Assembly (NCBI GenBank): GCA_963754315.1
Contig: CAVWFS010000019.1
Location: 1-64,000, forward strand
Source: an uncultured Candidatus Rokubacteria bacterium
GTDB lineage: Bacteria; Methylomirabilota; Methylomirabilia; Rokubacteriales; CSP1-6
Length of the DNA: 64,000 bases
Reading direction: 5' to 3'
Part shown: piece by piece, positions 22,272 through 31,885 of the stretch
Layout of the letters: the number at the start of each line of letters is the position of its first letter
Position numbering within the stretch: position 1 is the stretch's first letter
Program-made: the position numbers and the translations under genes
The notes under the pieces: model-generated
The model's database searches: none
What the model was told of the DNA's origin: nothing
The model's input: only the letters and a program-made list of their open reading frames with translations

Positions 22272-23514
22272 GGCGGCGGCGCCGGCAGGGATCGCGTGGG
22301 TCGGGACAGACCCCGGGAGGACACACGACCTGGGGCACGGTGCGATCGAGATCTTGCGGCGTGAGGGGATTCGGCCAGCGGCCCGGCACCGCGAAGACGT
22401 CGCGCACGGCCTCGAGGTAGCCGAAGCCCCACTCGCAGTGAGGCTCGATGGCCTCCCCTTCCCCGAACTCGTTCCACGCCTCGACGAGGACGATCCGGCG
22501 ATTGCCGGTAATGGGGTAGCGATCGACGAAGGCTCGCGCATTGGCCAGCATCTTCTTGAATTTGTAGGGTGCCCGGTCGGTCCTGACCAGCGCCTTCCAG
22601 CCATGCCACGGGCGGGAGTCCCATCCCGGGTCGGTCACGGGAAAGTGGTCAATGATTCCCATCTCGGCCGCGAGATTCCAGATCGCCCAGTACCCGTAGA
22701 TCATCGAGTCGTAGGCGGCCACAAAGGCGGAATGATCCATTCCCGCCCGCGGGTAATTGTAGCCGGTGGTGGCATCGTACCCTTCATCCTTTTGTCGCTG
22801 GAGGTGCTCGCGAAACGAAAGGTCACTCGGCCCTGTCACCGCCACCAGATAGAGGCCGGGCAGGCCCCGTGCCCGCGCGCGCTCACGCATCTTCACGAAG
22901 GCACGCTTGACTCCGTCCGATCCGAGATCCTGGCTCAGGCGTCGGCTGGAGAAGATGATCACCATCGGCCGCCCGTCGATGGTGAGGTACTCCGGGCGCC
23001 AGAAGTACTGCTCGATCCAGTAGTCGAGTACCGCGAGGAGATCCTCTTCCGAGGATGACCCGGGCACATTGTGGTTCGCCCACAGCAGGCAGAACTGCAG
23101 AAGATGCCGGAAGCGGGCCTGCAAGTAGCCCTCGTGAAGGGCATGCTCAAGTTGGCGCTGCCCGCGTTCCCAGTACCAATCGAAGACGAAGAAGGATATC
23201 CCGTGCTCGACGGCCCACTTAATGTGCCAGTCCATCACATCGGGATCACCCTCGCGGTAATACCCGAGCAGAGGCACCCGCTCCGGGAATTCGTCGAGCA
23301 CCTTCCAGCGGTCGTAGTCGGGCCAGCCCGGAAAGTAGTACGCCCCGATCTGGTACGGCTGCGTCGACACGGGTTGGGGCGGAGGCACCGCGTCGTGTCC
23401 GGCTCCCGGCGTCTGCCGATGACAGGCGGCGGCGCTCAGCGAGACCACCACGAACATCAGAACTAGGCGAGCTCGACCACGAGCCCCGAAACAGCGGATG
23501 ATGACGAAGGTCAC
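22268..23514 (-). CDS. GH99-like/WbsX-family lipoprotein (frameshift near 3' end)
   Basis: LSAAAC lipobox-like; GAYYFPGW, PLLGYY, FVFDWYW, FCLLWANH, GWDSRPW, EAWNEFGEG. Confidence 0.8.
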
Positions 23515-23572
23515 AAATCCGGGGCTGTCGCGGGCCGTCCGTTCGGTCCTGCGACAGCCCGAGCCGCGCGCC

Positions 23573-24433
23573 TCACTTGTCTTCGGACGGCTTGCCCCCT
23601 ACCAGCTGCCAATTCTCGGCTGACTCGCGAAGGCGCCCGCCACTCACGCTCGAGTACGGCCCCCGCGCATGGTTCTTTTCCCCGCCCGCCACGCTCGAGT
23701 ACACGCCACGGGCCTGATTGTCGTAGCCCGCATTGATGCTCGAGTAGCCGCCCAGGGCGCTGTTGCCTTGGCCTCCGGTGACACTCGTGTAAGGGCCCTG
23801 AGCGACGTTATGTTGCCCTCCGCCTACCCAGCTCCAGTACGCGCTCGCCGCGTTGTGGCCGCCGCCGCTCACGGCCGTGTAGTATCCGCTGGCCACGTTG
23901 GACTCGCCGCCGCTCACGGTCGAGTACTCCCCCCGCGCCACGTTCTGAAAGCCGCCGCTCACCGTCGCATAGAGCCCTTCGATCGCGTTCTCGTGACCCG
24001 CCACGAACCCGCCAAAGAGCGAGTAACGGTGCCCGGACCCCACCACGAGGTTGTGCGTTCCCTGACGATCCCGGAGCTTCACGGGGCCGCTCATCGGTAG
24101 CTCGTTATATCCCACGATCAGGTTGCCGCGGCCGGACGACCCATCGGTGAGGCCCGAGCCATCGCGCACGTGGATATTGGCGCCCGTGAAAATGATGTGA
24201 GGACCCGTCACGCCATTGATGGGATCCGTCACCACGCTCACGTGGGGCCCGAGGGCGAGAACGCTGTTGGCCTTCATGGCCGTCAGTTGGCTCTGCAGCG
24301 CGGCAACCTCGCCCTGCAGCGCCTGGATCGCCTTCTTGAGCTGCTTGACGTCGTCAGCCGCCTGCCCTGCGGGGGGAGCCGCCAGCATCAGGGCCGCCCC
24401 CACGGCCACCATTGCGATCGACCGGAATCTCAT
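23573..24433 (-). CDS. Secreted protein with a short coiled coil and 15-residue Gly-rich repeats
   Basis: Signal peptide, LKKAIQALQGEVAALQSQL, about 8-9 repeats of xGxYSxVSGGxxNxA. Confidence 0.85.
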   Translation of the reverse strand: MRFRSIAMVAVGAALMLAAPPAGQAADDVKQLKKAIQALQGEVAALQSQLTAMKANSVLALGPHVSVVTDPINGVTGPHIIFTGANIHVRDGSGLTDGSSGRGNLIVGYNELPMSGPVKLRDRQGTHNLVVGSGHRYSLFGGFVAGHENAIEGLYATVSGGFQNVARGEYSTVSGGESNVASGYYTAVSGGGHNAASAYWSWVGGGQHNVAQGPYTSVTGGQGNSALGGYSSINAGYDNQARGVYSSVAGGEKNHARGPYSSVSGGRLRESAENWQLVGGKPSEDK

Positions 24434-24652
24434 GGGTGTCCTCCTTCGTTATCCGCGCGCGCGCCTGACCGTCCTGCGCCGCGTCCGATATGTCGTGGCG
24501 TATGGGGATTCTACATCAACGACACCCTCCAGACGGCAGGATCACCCACCAGGACCCGGCTGGCGGCAGGCCCTGAGGCGGAGGCCCCGGAACGGGATCG
24601 CGCAGCGGCTAAGCGGGCGCCGACAATGGTAATCTGATCGGCGCGCGCGTCC

Positions 24653-26386
24653 ATGCACGAACCAGATCTGCTCACCGCTATCAGTGTCAGCATCATCGCC
24701 GCTGCCGCATTGGCGCTGGTGGCTCGCTCGGTCAAGCAGCCCCTGATCCTCGGGTACATCCTGGGCGGCGCCCTGCTCGGTCCCAAGGTCGGCTTCGGCT
24801 TCGTGACCGATGAGGCAAGTATCGAGCTGATCTCCGAAATCGGCCTCATCCTGCTCCTCTTTATCATCGGGCTCGAGATCAGCATTCCCCGCTTGCTTCA
24901 GACGGGCCGCACCATCATCGGGAGCGGGCTCGGCCAGTTCCCCCTGTGCGCCATCCTCGCCTGGTTCGCAATCGGGCCGATCGCCGCCTTCACCGGAGGC
25001 CGTTTCGATCGCCTCTATCTTGCGGTGACCCTCAGTCTTTCGTCGACCCTCATCGTCGTGAAGCTGCTGTCCGATAAGTTCGAGATGGGCACCCTCGGAG
25101 GGCGCATCACGCTTGGCATCCTCATCTTCCAGGATGTCTGGGCGATCGGCTTCCTGGCGCTTCAGCCGAACCTCGACGCACTCAATCCGGGTCCGCTCAT
25201 CGTGTCGTTGGCGGCCGGGGCGGGTGTGGTGGCCGGCGCCGCCGCCCTGTCGCGTTGGGTCCTGCCGGGACTGTATCGGGCCATCGCCAAGTCGCCCGAG
25301 ATGGTCCTGGTGGCCTCGATGGCCTGGTGCTTCATGGTGGCAGGAATCGCCGACAAGCTCGGTCTCTCCAAGGAAATGGGCGCACTCATCGCGGGCATGA
25401 CCATAGCCTCCTTCCCCTATGGGACCGAAGTCATCGGGCGCCTGGCCGGTGTGCGCGACTTCTTCGTGACCCTGTTCTTCGTGTCACTCGGACTGAGGGT
25501 CCCTGTTCCGTCGCTCGAGCTGGTCCTGCTGGCCTGCCTGGTGGCGGTGTTCGTGGTGCTCAGCCGCTTCCTCTCGATCTTTGCCATCTTCGCCGGCCTG
25601 CGCCTCGACGCGCGCACCGCCGGGGTCGTGGCCGTCAACCTCTCACAGATCAGCGAGTTCTCCCTGGTGATCGTGAGCTTGGGTGCCGGATTCGGCCACG
25701 TGAGCGAGAGTCTCCACTCCCTGGTTCTCTACGCCATGCTCCTCATGTCCGTAACCTCCACCTACACGACACTCTTCAATCACGAGATCGCCACCTGGGT
25801 GGCCCGTGGTCTCGAGTTGACCGGAATTCCCCGGTGGTTCGGGTCGCGCAGAAAGGACGATCGGCACGCCGCCACCCACGACGATCAGCGGCACGACCTG
25901 TTCCTGCTCGGGGTATCGCGCGAGGGACTGGCCCTCATCGAGCACATGGAACGGATTCGGCCCTTGATGAAGAACCGCATCGCAGCCGTGGACTTCAACC
26001 CGGAAACCCTCGAGCGTCTGCGGACCGCCGGGGTCGAAGCACATTACGGCGACATCGCCAACCCGGAGACCCTGCAGCATGCCGGCATCGGGCGGGCCGC
26101 CGTGATCGTATCGAGCATCTCGGATTGGTTTCTGAAGGGCACGGACAACGGCCGCCTCCTGCGCCAGGCCCGGAGCCTGGCTCCCCAAGCTCAGATCATC
26201 GTCACCGCCGACACCCTGGCCGCCGCCGAGGGACTCTACGCCGCGGGCGCCGACTATGTGCTTCTCCCCTCGGCCCTATCCGCGGAGCACCTCTACACTC
26301 TGCTTAGCGAGGACGCCGGCCGAGGCTTGGCCGAGGCCAGGCAACGCCAGGCCCGCGACCTCTTCCGTAAGGAGCGTCCATCCTGA
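24653..26386 (+). CDS. CPA2 cation:proton antiporter with TrkA-N domain (KefC-like)
   Basis: ~13 TMs, LSSTLIVVKLL, IFQD, C-terminal VDFNPE...YGD...GADYV. Confidence 0.9.
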   Translation: MHEPDLLTAISVSIIAAAALALVARSVKQPLILGYILGGALLGPKVGFGFVTDEASIELISEIGLILLLFIIGLEISIPRLLQTGRTIIGSGLGQFPLCAILAWFAIGPIAAFTGGRFDRLYLAVTLSLSSTLIVVKLLSDKFEMGTLGGRITLGILIFQDVWAIGFLALQPNLDALNPGPLIVSLAAGAGVVAGAAALSRWVLPGLYRAIAKSPEMVLVASMAWCFMVAGIADKLGLSKEMGALIAGMTIASFPYGTEVIGRLAGVRDFFVTLFFVSLGLRVPVPSLELVLLACLVAVFVVLSRFLSIFAIFAGLRLDARTAGVVAVNLSQISEFSLVIVSLGAGFGHVSESLHSLVLYAMLLMSVTSTYTTLFNHEIATWVARGLELTGIPRWFGSRRKDDRHAATHDDQRHDLFLLGVSREGLALIEHMERIRPLMKNRIAAVDFNPETLERLRTAGVEAHYGDIANPETLQHAGIGRAAVIVSSISDWFLKGTDNGRLLRQARSLAPQAQIIVTADTLAAAEGLYAAGADYVLLPSALSAEHLYTLLSEDAGRGLAEARQRQARDLFRKERPS

Positions 26387-26404
26387 GGTATGGTGGCCCG
26401 ACCG

Positions 26405-26636
26405 CCGCACGTCCGACGTTGGAACGTGAGCCAGGTGATCCCAGCTATCCAGCCGTATGAGTCGCTCCGGACGGCACCCAATTCACTCGCGTGCCTTCGA
26501 GGCAGCCGCCGCCACGCCACTGGCCCGCGAGGGCATCCTGATCGCTGCCAAGACCATGGCCATGACCGCGTTCGATCTGCTGGCCGACCCGGGACTGGTC
26601 GCCAAAGCACAAGGGGAGTTCCAGTCGCGCGGTTAG
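26405..26636 (+). pseudogene. C-terminal remnant of an M20 amidohydrolase
   Basis: Joined frames read SDVGNVSQVIPAIQPY...HSRAFEAAA...AAKTMAMTAFDLLADP...EF; no N-terminal part present. Confidence 0.7.
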
Positions 26637-28242
26637 GAGCCCCTCGGCTGCCCGCCAAGTCGGCGCTGCTCGGCGGCGTGCTCGGCTTCTCGACGCTCAA
26701 GGGCGACCTCGGAGTGATCCGCGAAGCGTAGGGCCGCTGCCAGGGCCGGGTGGCCGGCCTGTTCCGCGATCAGCCGGTGCATCGTCTGGCAGATCCGGCG
26801 GTACGACGGGTGCCCCTGAGGGGCCGTACGCAGCTCGATGACGTGCATGGCCTCACGGACGTTCATCTGCATGGTGAAGCGCACACGATAGGCCAGGGAA
26901 ACGGCGTAGGCGGCGACTTCCGGCATCCCGGCCCCGGCGATGGCCTCCCAAAGGGCCGCCGAGTCGGCCATGACCCGTTCCCAGGCTGGCCCGGCGCCCG
27001 CCTCGGTCACTGCCTCCGGCACTGCGTACCCATGCCGGGTCGACAAGGTCTGCCACTCCAGGGTCAAGAGGCGATGTCGTTGCAGGTCCCTGAAGGCACC
27101 ATAGTCGCCCAACACGTCGAATCGATATCCGGTGCGCTCGAACGCCCTGCCTGGTTTGTGACGGCGGTTGCCGCGGCGGCCTACGTACGTCTCGAGCACA
27201 CGGCGGCGTTCGTCCGTCGACATGCGGCGGACTCGCGCGAGAAGCTGGTCGTCCGGCAGCGCCGATACAGCGTACAGGGCTGCCGCCACCACCTTTACCT
27301 CGCCTTCGGGATCGAAGTCGGTGAGGGTTACTTCTCCCCTCTCCTCCGGTTTCTCGTCCGCGAACAGCTCGCCCACGAGCCGCTCCATGCTGGCCCGGGT
27401 GTCGGCCAGATACGTCGACCACGCCCCCCCGCGCGCGGGTGCGTCCACCCGCCGCAGGAAGGCGGGAATCACCCGGCGCAGCTCCGTCAGCATAAGGTCA
27501 GCGTAGTCGCGAACCTCGACCAAAGGATGAGCGCGCATCCGCAGCAGGAGCTGCTCGTACCCCTGACCCGTACCGAAGACGCCGACATTTGACGTGGTGG
27601 CGGCCGGCAGCAGTCCGCGCAACGTATCGAGGGCCTTGGCCCTGATGCTTATCCGGTGGACGCTCTCCGACTCGCCGGCGGCGCGGGGAAAGCGAGTTGT
27701 GTAGTAATCGCGCATCCGCGGCAGCCACTCGGCGTAGGTGGCAAAAGCGTGGTCCAAGGCAGCCGTGTACCGCGCGCGCAAGGACCCGGCGAGCTCAGCC
27801 GGCACGTGGTAGCGGTACCGTCCCTCCGGCTGATCGTCGTACGGAATGTAGCGCGTGGACTGCTCGAGATACGCCATGAGACGGCCCCACTCGATGACCT
27901 TGGTGAGGACGTTCGAAGCGCCTTCGCACGCCAGGTGCACGCCCCCAAGCTGGGCGACGGAGTCGTCACCATACTCGACGAGCATCCGCTCGTAAAGCTG
28001 GTCAGCCCGGGTGGTGTCCAGCCCTGGCGTCCCGGGGCCGCCGGCCGTCGCCATATCCAGGTGCCCCGGAGCGAGGAACTCATCGAGGAACAGGCGACGC
28101 AGCGATTTCGGCGAACGCGAATACCGCGCGAAGAGAGCGCCCTTGACGACCTCCGGGAGATTGACGAGGGCGAATACGGGACCCTCGAGGTTCGTGAAGT
28201 ACGGCCGAAGCTCCGCGCGCTCAGGCTCCTGAACGACTCCAT
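26633..28242 (-). CDS. thyX: FAD-dependent thymidylate synthase, long two-domain type (frameshift near start)
   Basis: YFTN...NLPEVVKGALFARYSR, EYGDDSVAQLG, EQSTRY, FRDLQRHR, ELRTAPQGHPSYR. Confidence 0.85.
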
Positions 28243-28342
28243 CCAGCCGATGGTAGCACCCGTCGGTGAAGGGAGCCTCGCGCCAGAGGCGCGTCGCGCA
28301 CTGATCCAGCGCTGGGGGCCGGCGAGGCCCCGCGAATCGAAA

Positions 28343-29446
28343 TCAAGCGATCGCGACCGAGTTACCAGGCGAGCCGGTTCCCCCTTTGAGCATGAGCGGG
28401 TTGAAAGACCAGGCGAATTCGTACACGCGGTCCCGCGCCAGTTCTTCAAGGTTCAGGTTCTCGTTGATGTAGATGCCGTTCATGGTGAGCCAGATCGTGT
28501 GGCACTCGAATGGCCGGTTTGCATCCTCCCCGGGGACCGCCTCCACGGGCCACGTGTCCGCACCCACCACCGCGATCTTCCTGTCGGCCAGCCAGTTTCC
28601 CACCGTCCGGCCGGGTCCCGGACAGCCCTTGTTGTACTCCTCGTTAAATTTCTTCCAGAGCTTGCTGTGGCCCGTGTTGAACAGCACGGCGTCCCCCTCC
28701 CCGGGCTCGCTGATCCCCTCCATACGCAGGGTGCCCATCACGTCGTCCATCGTGATGATGTAGTCGATGGCGAGCCGGTCCCAGCCCTTGTAGCGGGCGA
28801 CGTCGAGCAGGATGCCGCGCGTGAAGAAAGGACGGCAGTTGTGGATGCCGAGCTTCTGCAGCCCGTAGGAACCTCCCACCTGCGTCTGGGTGAAGCCGTT
28901 GTAGTAGCGGACCTCGTTGCCGATCTTGTTGCCGATGTGGCCGAGGCCGTCGAACTGCGAGCCGACCTGCCCGATCTCCCCGCTGAACATCTCGTCGTTG
29001 AAATAGAGCTCGTGAGTTCCAAACGGCCCGCCTGTCGGCGCGCCGGGGATGGTAATGGAGACGTGACGAGCCCCGAAGAGCGGGATCCCCACTTCCAGCA
29101 CCTGGCTGAGCGGATAGATCTTGCCCTGCTTGATGAGGGACGCCGCCTGCAGGACCTTGGCGGAGGTGATGCGGTTGTTGGCACCACGCTCGTCGCTCGG
29201 ACCCCAGGGTGAGGGCCACCAGTCGCGTCCCATTGGGTTCGCAGCTTGGGCCGCGGCCGTTTCTGCCTGACCGACTACCGTCCCCGCCGCCATCCCGGCG
29301 GCGACACCGGCGGCGAAGCCTGTCCTCACGAAGTCGCGTCGTGAGACGTCGCCCTCCCCAGGCTCACCGCGATCGATCTCGGCTCCATGCCCACACTGCC
29401 CGTCATGCTGATGCTGGAAGTAACGCCTCAGCCACTCTCCCTGCAT
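28343..29446 (-). CDS. Cyclase-family (kynurenine formamidase-like) protein with Tat signal
   Basis: SRRDFV; WGPSDERGANN, SQFDGLGH, RGILLD, GADTW, ENL, GGTGSP. Confidence 0.85.
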   Translation of the reverse strand: MQGEWLRRYFQHQHDGQCGHGAEIDRGEPGEGDVSRRDFVRTGFAAGVAAGMAAGTVVGQAETAAAQAANPMGRDWWPSPWGPSDERGANNRITSAKVLQAASLIKQGKIYPLSQVLEVGIPLFGARHVSITIPGAPTGGPFGTHELYFNDEMFSGEIGQVGSQFDGLGHIGNKIGNEVRYYNGFTQTQVGGSYGLQKLGIHNCRPFFTRGILLDVARYKGWDRLAIDYIITMDDVMGTLRMEGISEPGEGDAVLFNTGHSKLWKKFNEEYNKGCPGPGRTVGNWLADRKIAVVGADTWPVEAVPGEDANRPFECHTIWLTMNGIYINENLNLEELARDRVYEFAWSFNPLMLKGGTGSPGNSVAIA

Positions 29447-29592
29447 GGATTGCCCTCCTCGTCGGCGAATGGAGCACTGTCCCTCTTGAGAGCGACGCTA
29501 AGACCCGTAGATAGAGTGTGTCAAGTACTGGGACACGCTCACCAGTCAGTCACCACGGTCGCGTGCAGGTTCGCGTGTTAGTCTCCCCGACT

Positions 29593-30582
29593 ATGGCCAA
29601 ATTGAAGATCGGGTTTATCCCCACCGAGGGCGGTCGCTACTACCGAGAGGCACTCGAGGAAGTCACGCGAGCCGAGGAGCTAGGGTTCGATTCGGTATGG
29701 ATGGAGGAGCATCACGCCGTCACCAACCACTACTGGCCCTCCCCGCTCACCGTGCTGGCGGGCTTCGCCACCCGCACCTCGCGAATGCTGCTGGGAACGG
29801 ACATCGTGGTCGCCCCCTTCCACCATCCCGTGCGCCTGGCCGAGGACGTCGCCATGCTGGACGTGATGTCAAATGGACGGGCCATCCTGGGCATCGCCAT
29901 CGGCTACAAGCCCGACGAGTTTGCCCTCTACGGGGTCGACCTCGAGAAGCGCGGAGCACGCTTCGAAGAGCAGCTGGCCATCATGAAGGGGCTCTGGACC
30001 CAGGAACGCGTGAGCTTTCGCGGAACGTACTACACGGTCGAGGGGCGCCTGGAGCCCAAACCCTTGACCAAGCCCCACCCCCCATTGTGGATCGGAGGAT
30101 GGGGCGCCCTCACCTTGAAGCGTGCCGCCCTTCTCGGCGACAACTGGATTCCTGGACCGACGGCGGACCTGAGCCGATTGCTCGATGGGAAGCGGGCATT
30201 TCTGGAGCATCGCCGGGCCGCGGGCCGCACGGAGCCCATCACCGAGTGGCCACTGACCCGCGACGTCATCATCGCCGACTCCGACACCAGGGCGCGAGAG
30301 CTTGCGGAAGAACACATCATGGTGGCGTATCGGAAGGAGTACGCTGGCGGGTGGCGGCATCCCTTCATCGACGCCAGCATCGCCACCGACCTCGACCGGC
30401 TCATGCAGGACCGCTTTATCATCGGCGGCCCCGAGCAGTGCGTGGCCACGATCCGCCGTTTTGTCGAGCAATATGGCATGACGCACCTGATCTGCCGGAC
30501 TTTCTTCCCAGGCATGCCGCACACGCACATCATGCGCGAACTCGAACTCCTGGCCACCGAGGTCATGCCGGCCTTTACATAG
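29593..30582 (+). CDS. LLM-class flavin-dependent oxidoreductase
   Basis: AEELGFDSVWMEEHH, HPVRLAED, SNGR, PKP...PPLWIGG. Confidence 0.9.
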   Translation: MAKLKIGFIPTEGGRYYREALEEVTRAEELGFDSVWMEEHHAVTNHYWPSPLTVLAGFATRTSRMLLGTDIVVAPFHHPVRLAEDVAMLDVMSNGRAILGIAIGYKPDEFALYGVDLEKRGARFEEQLAIMKGLWTQERVSFRGTYYTVEGRLEPKPLTKPHPPLWIGGWGALTLKRAALLGDNWIPGPTADLSRLLDGKRAFLEHRRAAGRTEPITEWPLTRDVIIADSDTRARELAEEHIMVAYRKEYAGGWRHPFIDASIATDLDRLMQDRFIIGGPEQCVATIRRFVEQYGMTHLICRTFFPGMPHTHIMRELELLATEVMPAFT

Positions 30583-30653
30583 GTCCTACCAAAACCTCTA
30601 AGTATCTGATATACTGGCCGTTGCGCCTCAGCGACGAGGCACGAAAGGGGTGC

Positions 30654-31703
30654 GTACCGATCGCAAACGCCACATATCGGGTCGATCGTTCCTACGCGTG
30701 GAACTACGCACATGCGCCGGCGCTGCCACGGGTACGACGCCTTCCCGTGGCCCCTGGTGGGCGGCTCTTCGACTACCGGCTGAACTCCCAGGTCGGGATC
30801 TCAGCCGGCCCCCTCCTCAACTCGAAGTGGGTTGAGGGCTATGCGCGGCTCGGGTTCGATATTCTCACCTACAACACCGTCCGCTCGAGTTTCTGGCCGG
30901 CCTACAGCCTGCCCAACATTCGCCACGTCGAGAACCGCGAGCAGGTGGCCGTCACGGCGCGGCGACCCTCGAATGGGGGCGATCTCACCTTGGCCGTCTC
31001 CCTGGGGACACCATCGATGGAGCCGGACGTCTGGCGCAAGGACGTGCGCCGGGCGAAGGAGCGTGTCGCGTCGGGACAAATTCTGATCGTCAGCGTCATC
31101 GGGACCCCCTCTCCGGGCGGGGACAGCGAGGCCCTCATCGAGGATTACGCACGGTGCGCGACGTGGGCGGTCGGAGCGGGAGCCGACATCGTCGAGATTC
31201 ATCTTGCCTGCCCCGATCCCTTTGCCGAACAGCCGCAGATGGTGTACGAGAACATCCCGCTGTCCGCCCAGATCCTCCATCGGGTTCGTACCATCGTGCC
31301 CGTGCCCATCCTGGCCAAGGTGGGCGCTTTCCGTACGCCCCGCTCCCTGCACGAGACGGCGACCAAGCTGGCCTCGTGGGCGCATGGCTTTGTGCTCGTG
31401 TCCGGTATCCAGCGGCGCGTTCTCGATGAGGAGGGTAACGCCGCCTTCGATGGGAGCGGGCGTGACCGAGCCGACGTGGTGGGTGCTGACACGTTCCCGG
31501 TTTCCGTGCGTCAGGTCTCCGAAATGCTTGCCTGGCGGAAGGCAGGGGCGTGGAATCGTGCGGTGCTCGCGGTGGGAGGCATCACCACCGTCGAGCGGGC
31601 CGACGCGCTCCTGCGAGGCGGGGCGGACGCCGCACTGGTCGCCACCGCCGCGCTCTTCGATCCGCTCTTCGCCACCCGTTTCCGACAATCCCGCGCGGCT
31701 TAG
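30654..31703 (+). CDS. Dihydroorotate-dehydrogenase-like FMN protein (start codon unclear)
   Basis: GISAGPLLN, GFDILTY, IVSVIG, GADIVEIHLACP, AVGGI, GADAALVAT. Confidence 0.7.
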   Translation, partial: VPIANATYRVDRSYAWNYAHAPALPRVRRLPVAPGGRLFDYRLNSQVGISAGPLLNSKWVEGYARLGFDILTYNTVRSSFWPAYSLPNIRHVENREQVAVTARRPSNGGDLTLAVSLGTPSMEPDVWRKDVRRAKERVASGQILIVSVIGTPSPGGDSEALIEDYARCATWAVGAGADIVEIHLACPDPFAEQPQMVYENIPLSAQILHRVRTIVPVPILAKVGAFRTPRSLHETATKLASWAHGFVLVSGIQRRVLDEEGNAAFDGSGRDRADVVGADTFPVSVRQVSEMLAWRKAGAWNRAVLAVGGITTVERADALLRGGADAALVATAALFDPLFATRFRQSRAA

Positions 31704-31720
31704 GACGGGGTCAATGTCAT

Positions 31721-31834
31721 GGGGGGCCTCGAAAGGGCCCCCCAAGCCCCCCTAGCGCTCGTCGCGCCCCGGGGAACCCGTGGCGCTCCTCGATCTCACG
31801 CGCGCCCGCGGGCCTCGAAAGGGCCCCCAAGCCC
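31721..31834 (+). repeat. Two-hairpin REP-like element, locus A (one full plus one partial unit)
   Basis: GGGGGGCCTCGAAAGGGCCCCCCAAGCCCCC...GCTCGTCGCGCCCCGGGGAACCCGTGGCGCTCCTCGATC; homologous to 39905-40045 and 51674-51915. Confidence 0.8.
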
Positions 31835-31885
31835 GAAAGTCCCCAGGCCCCGGTCATGCGCGGGGTGCGTGCTAGGCTACGGGCG

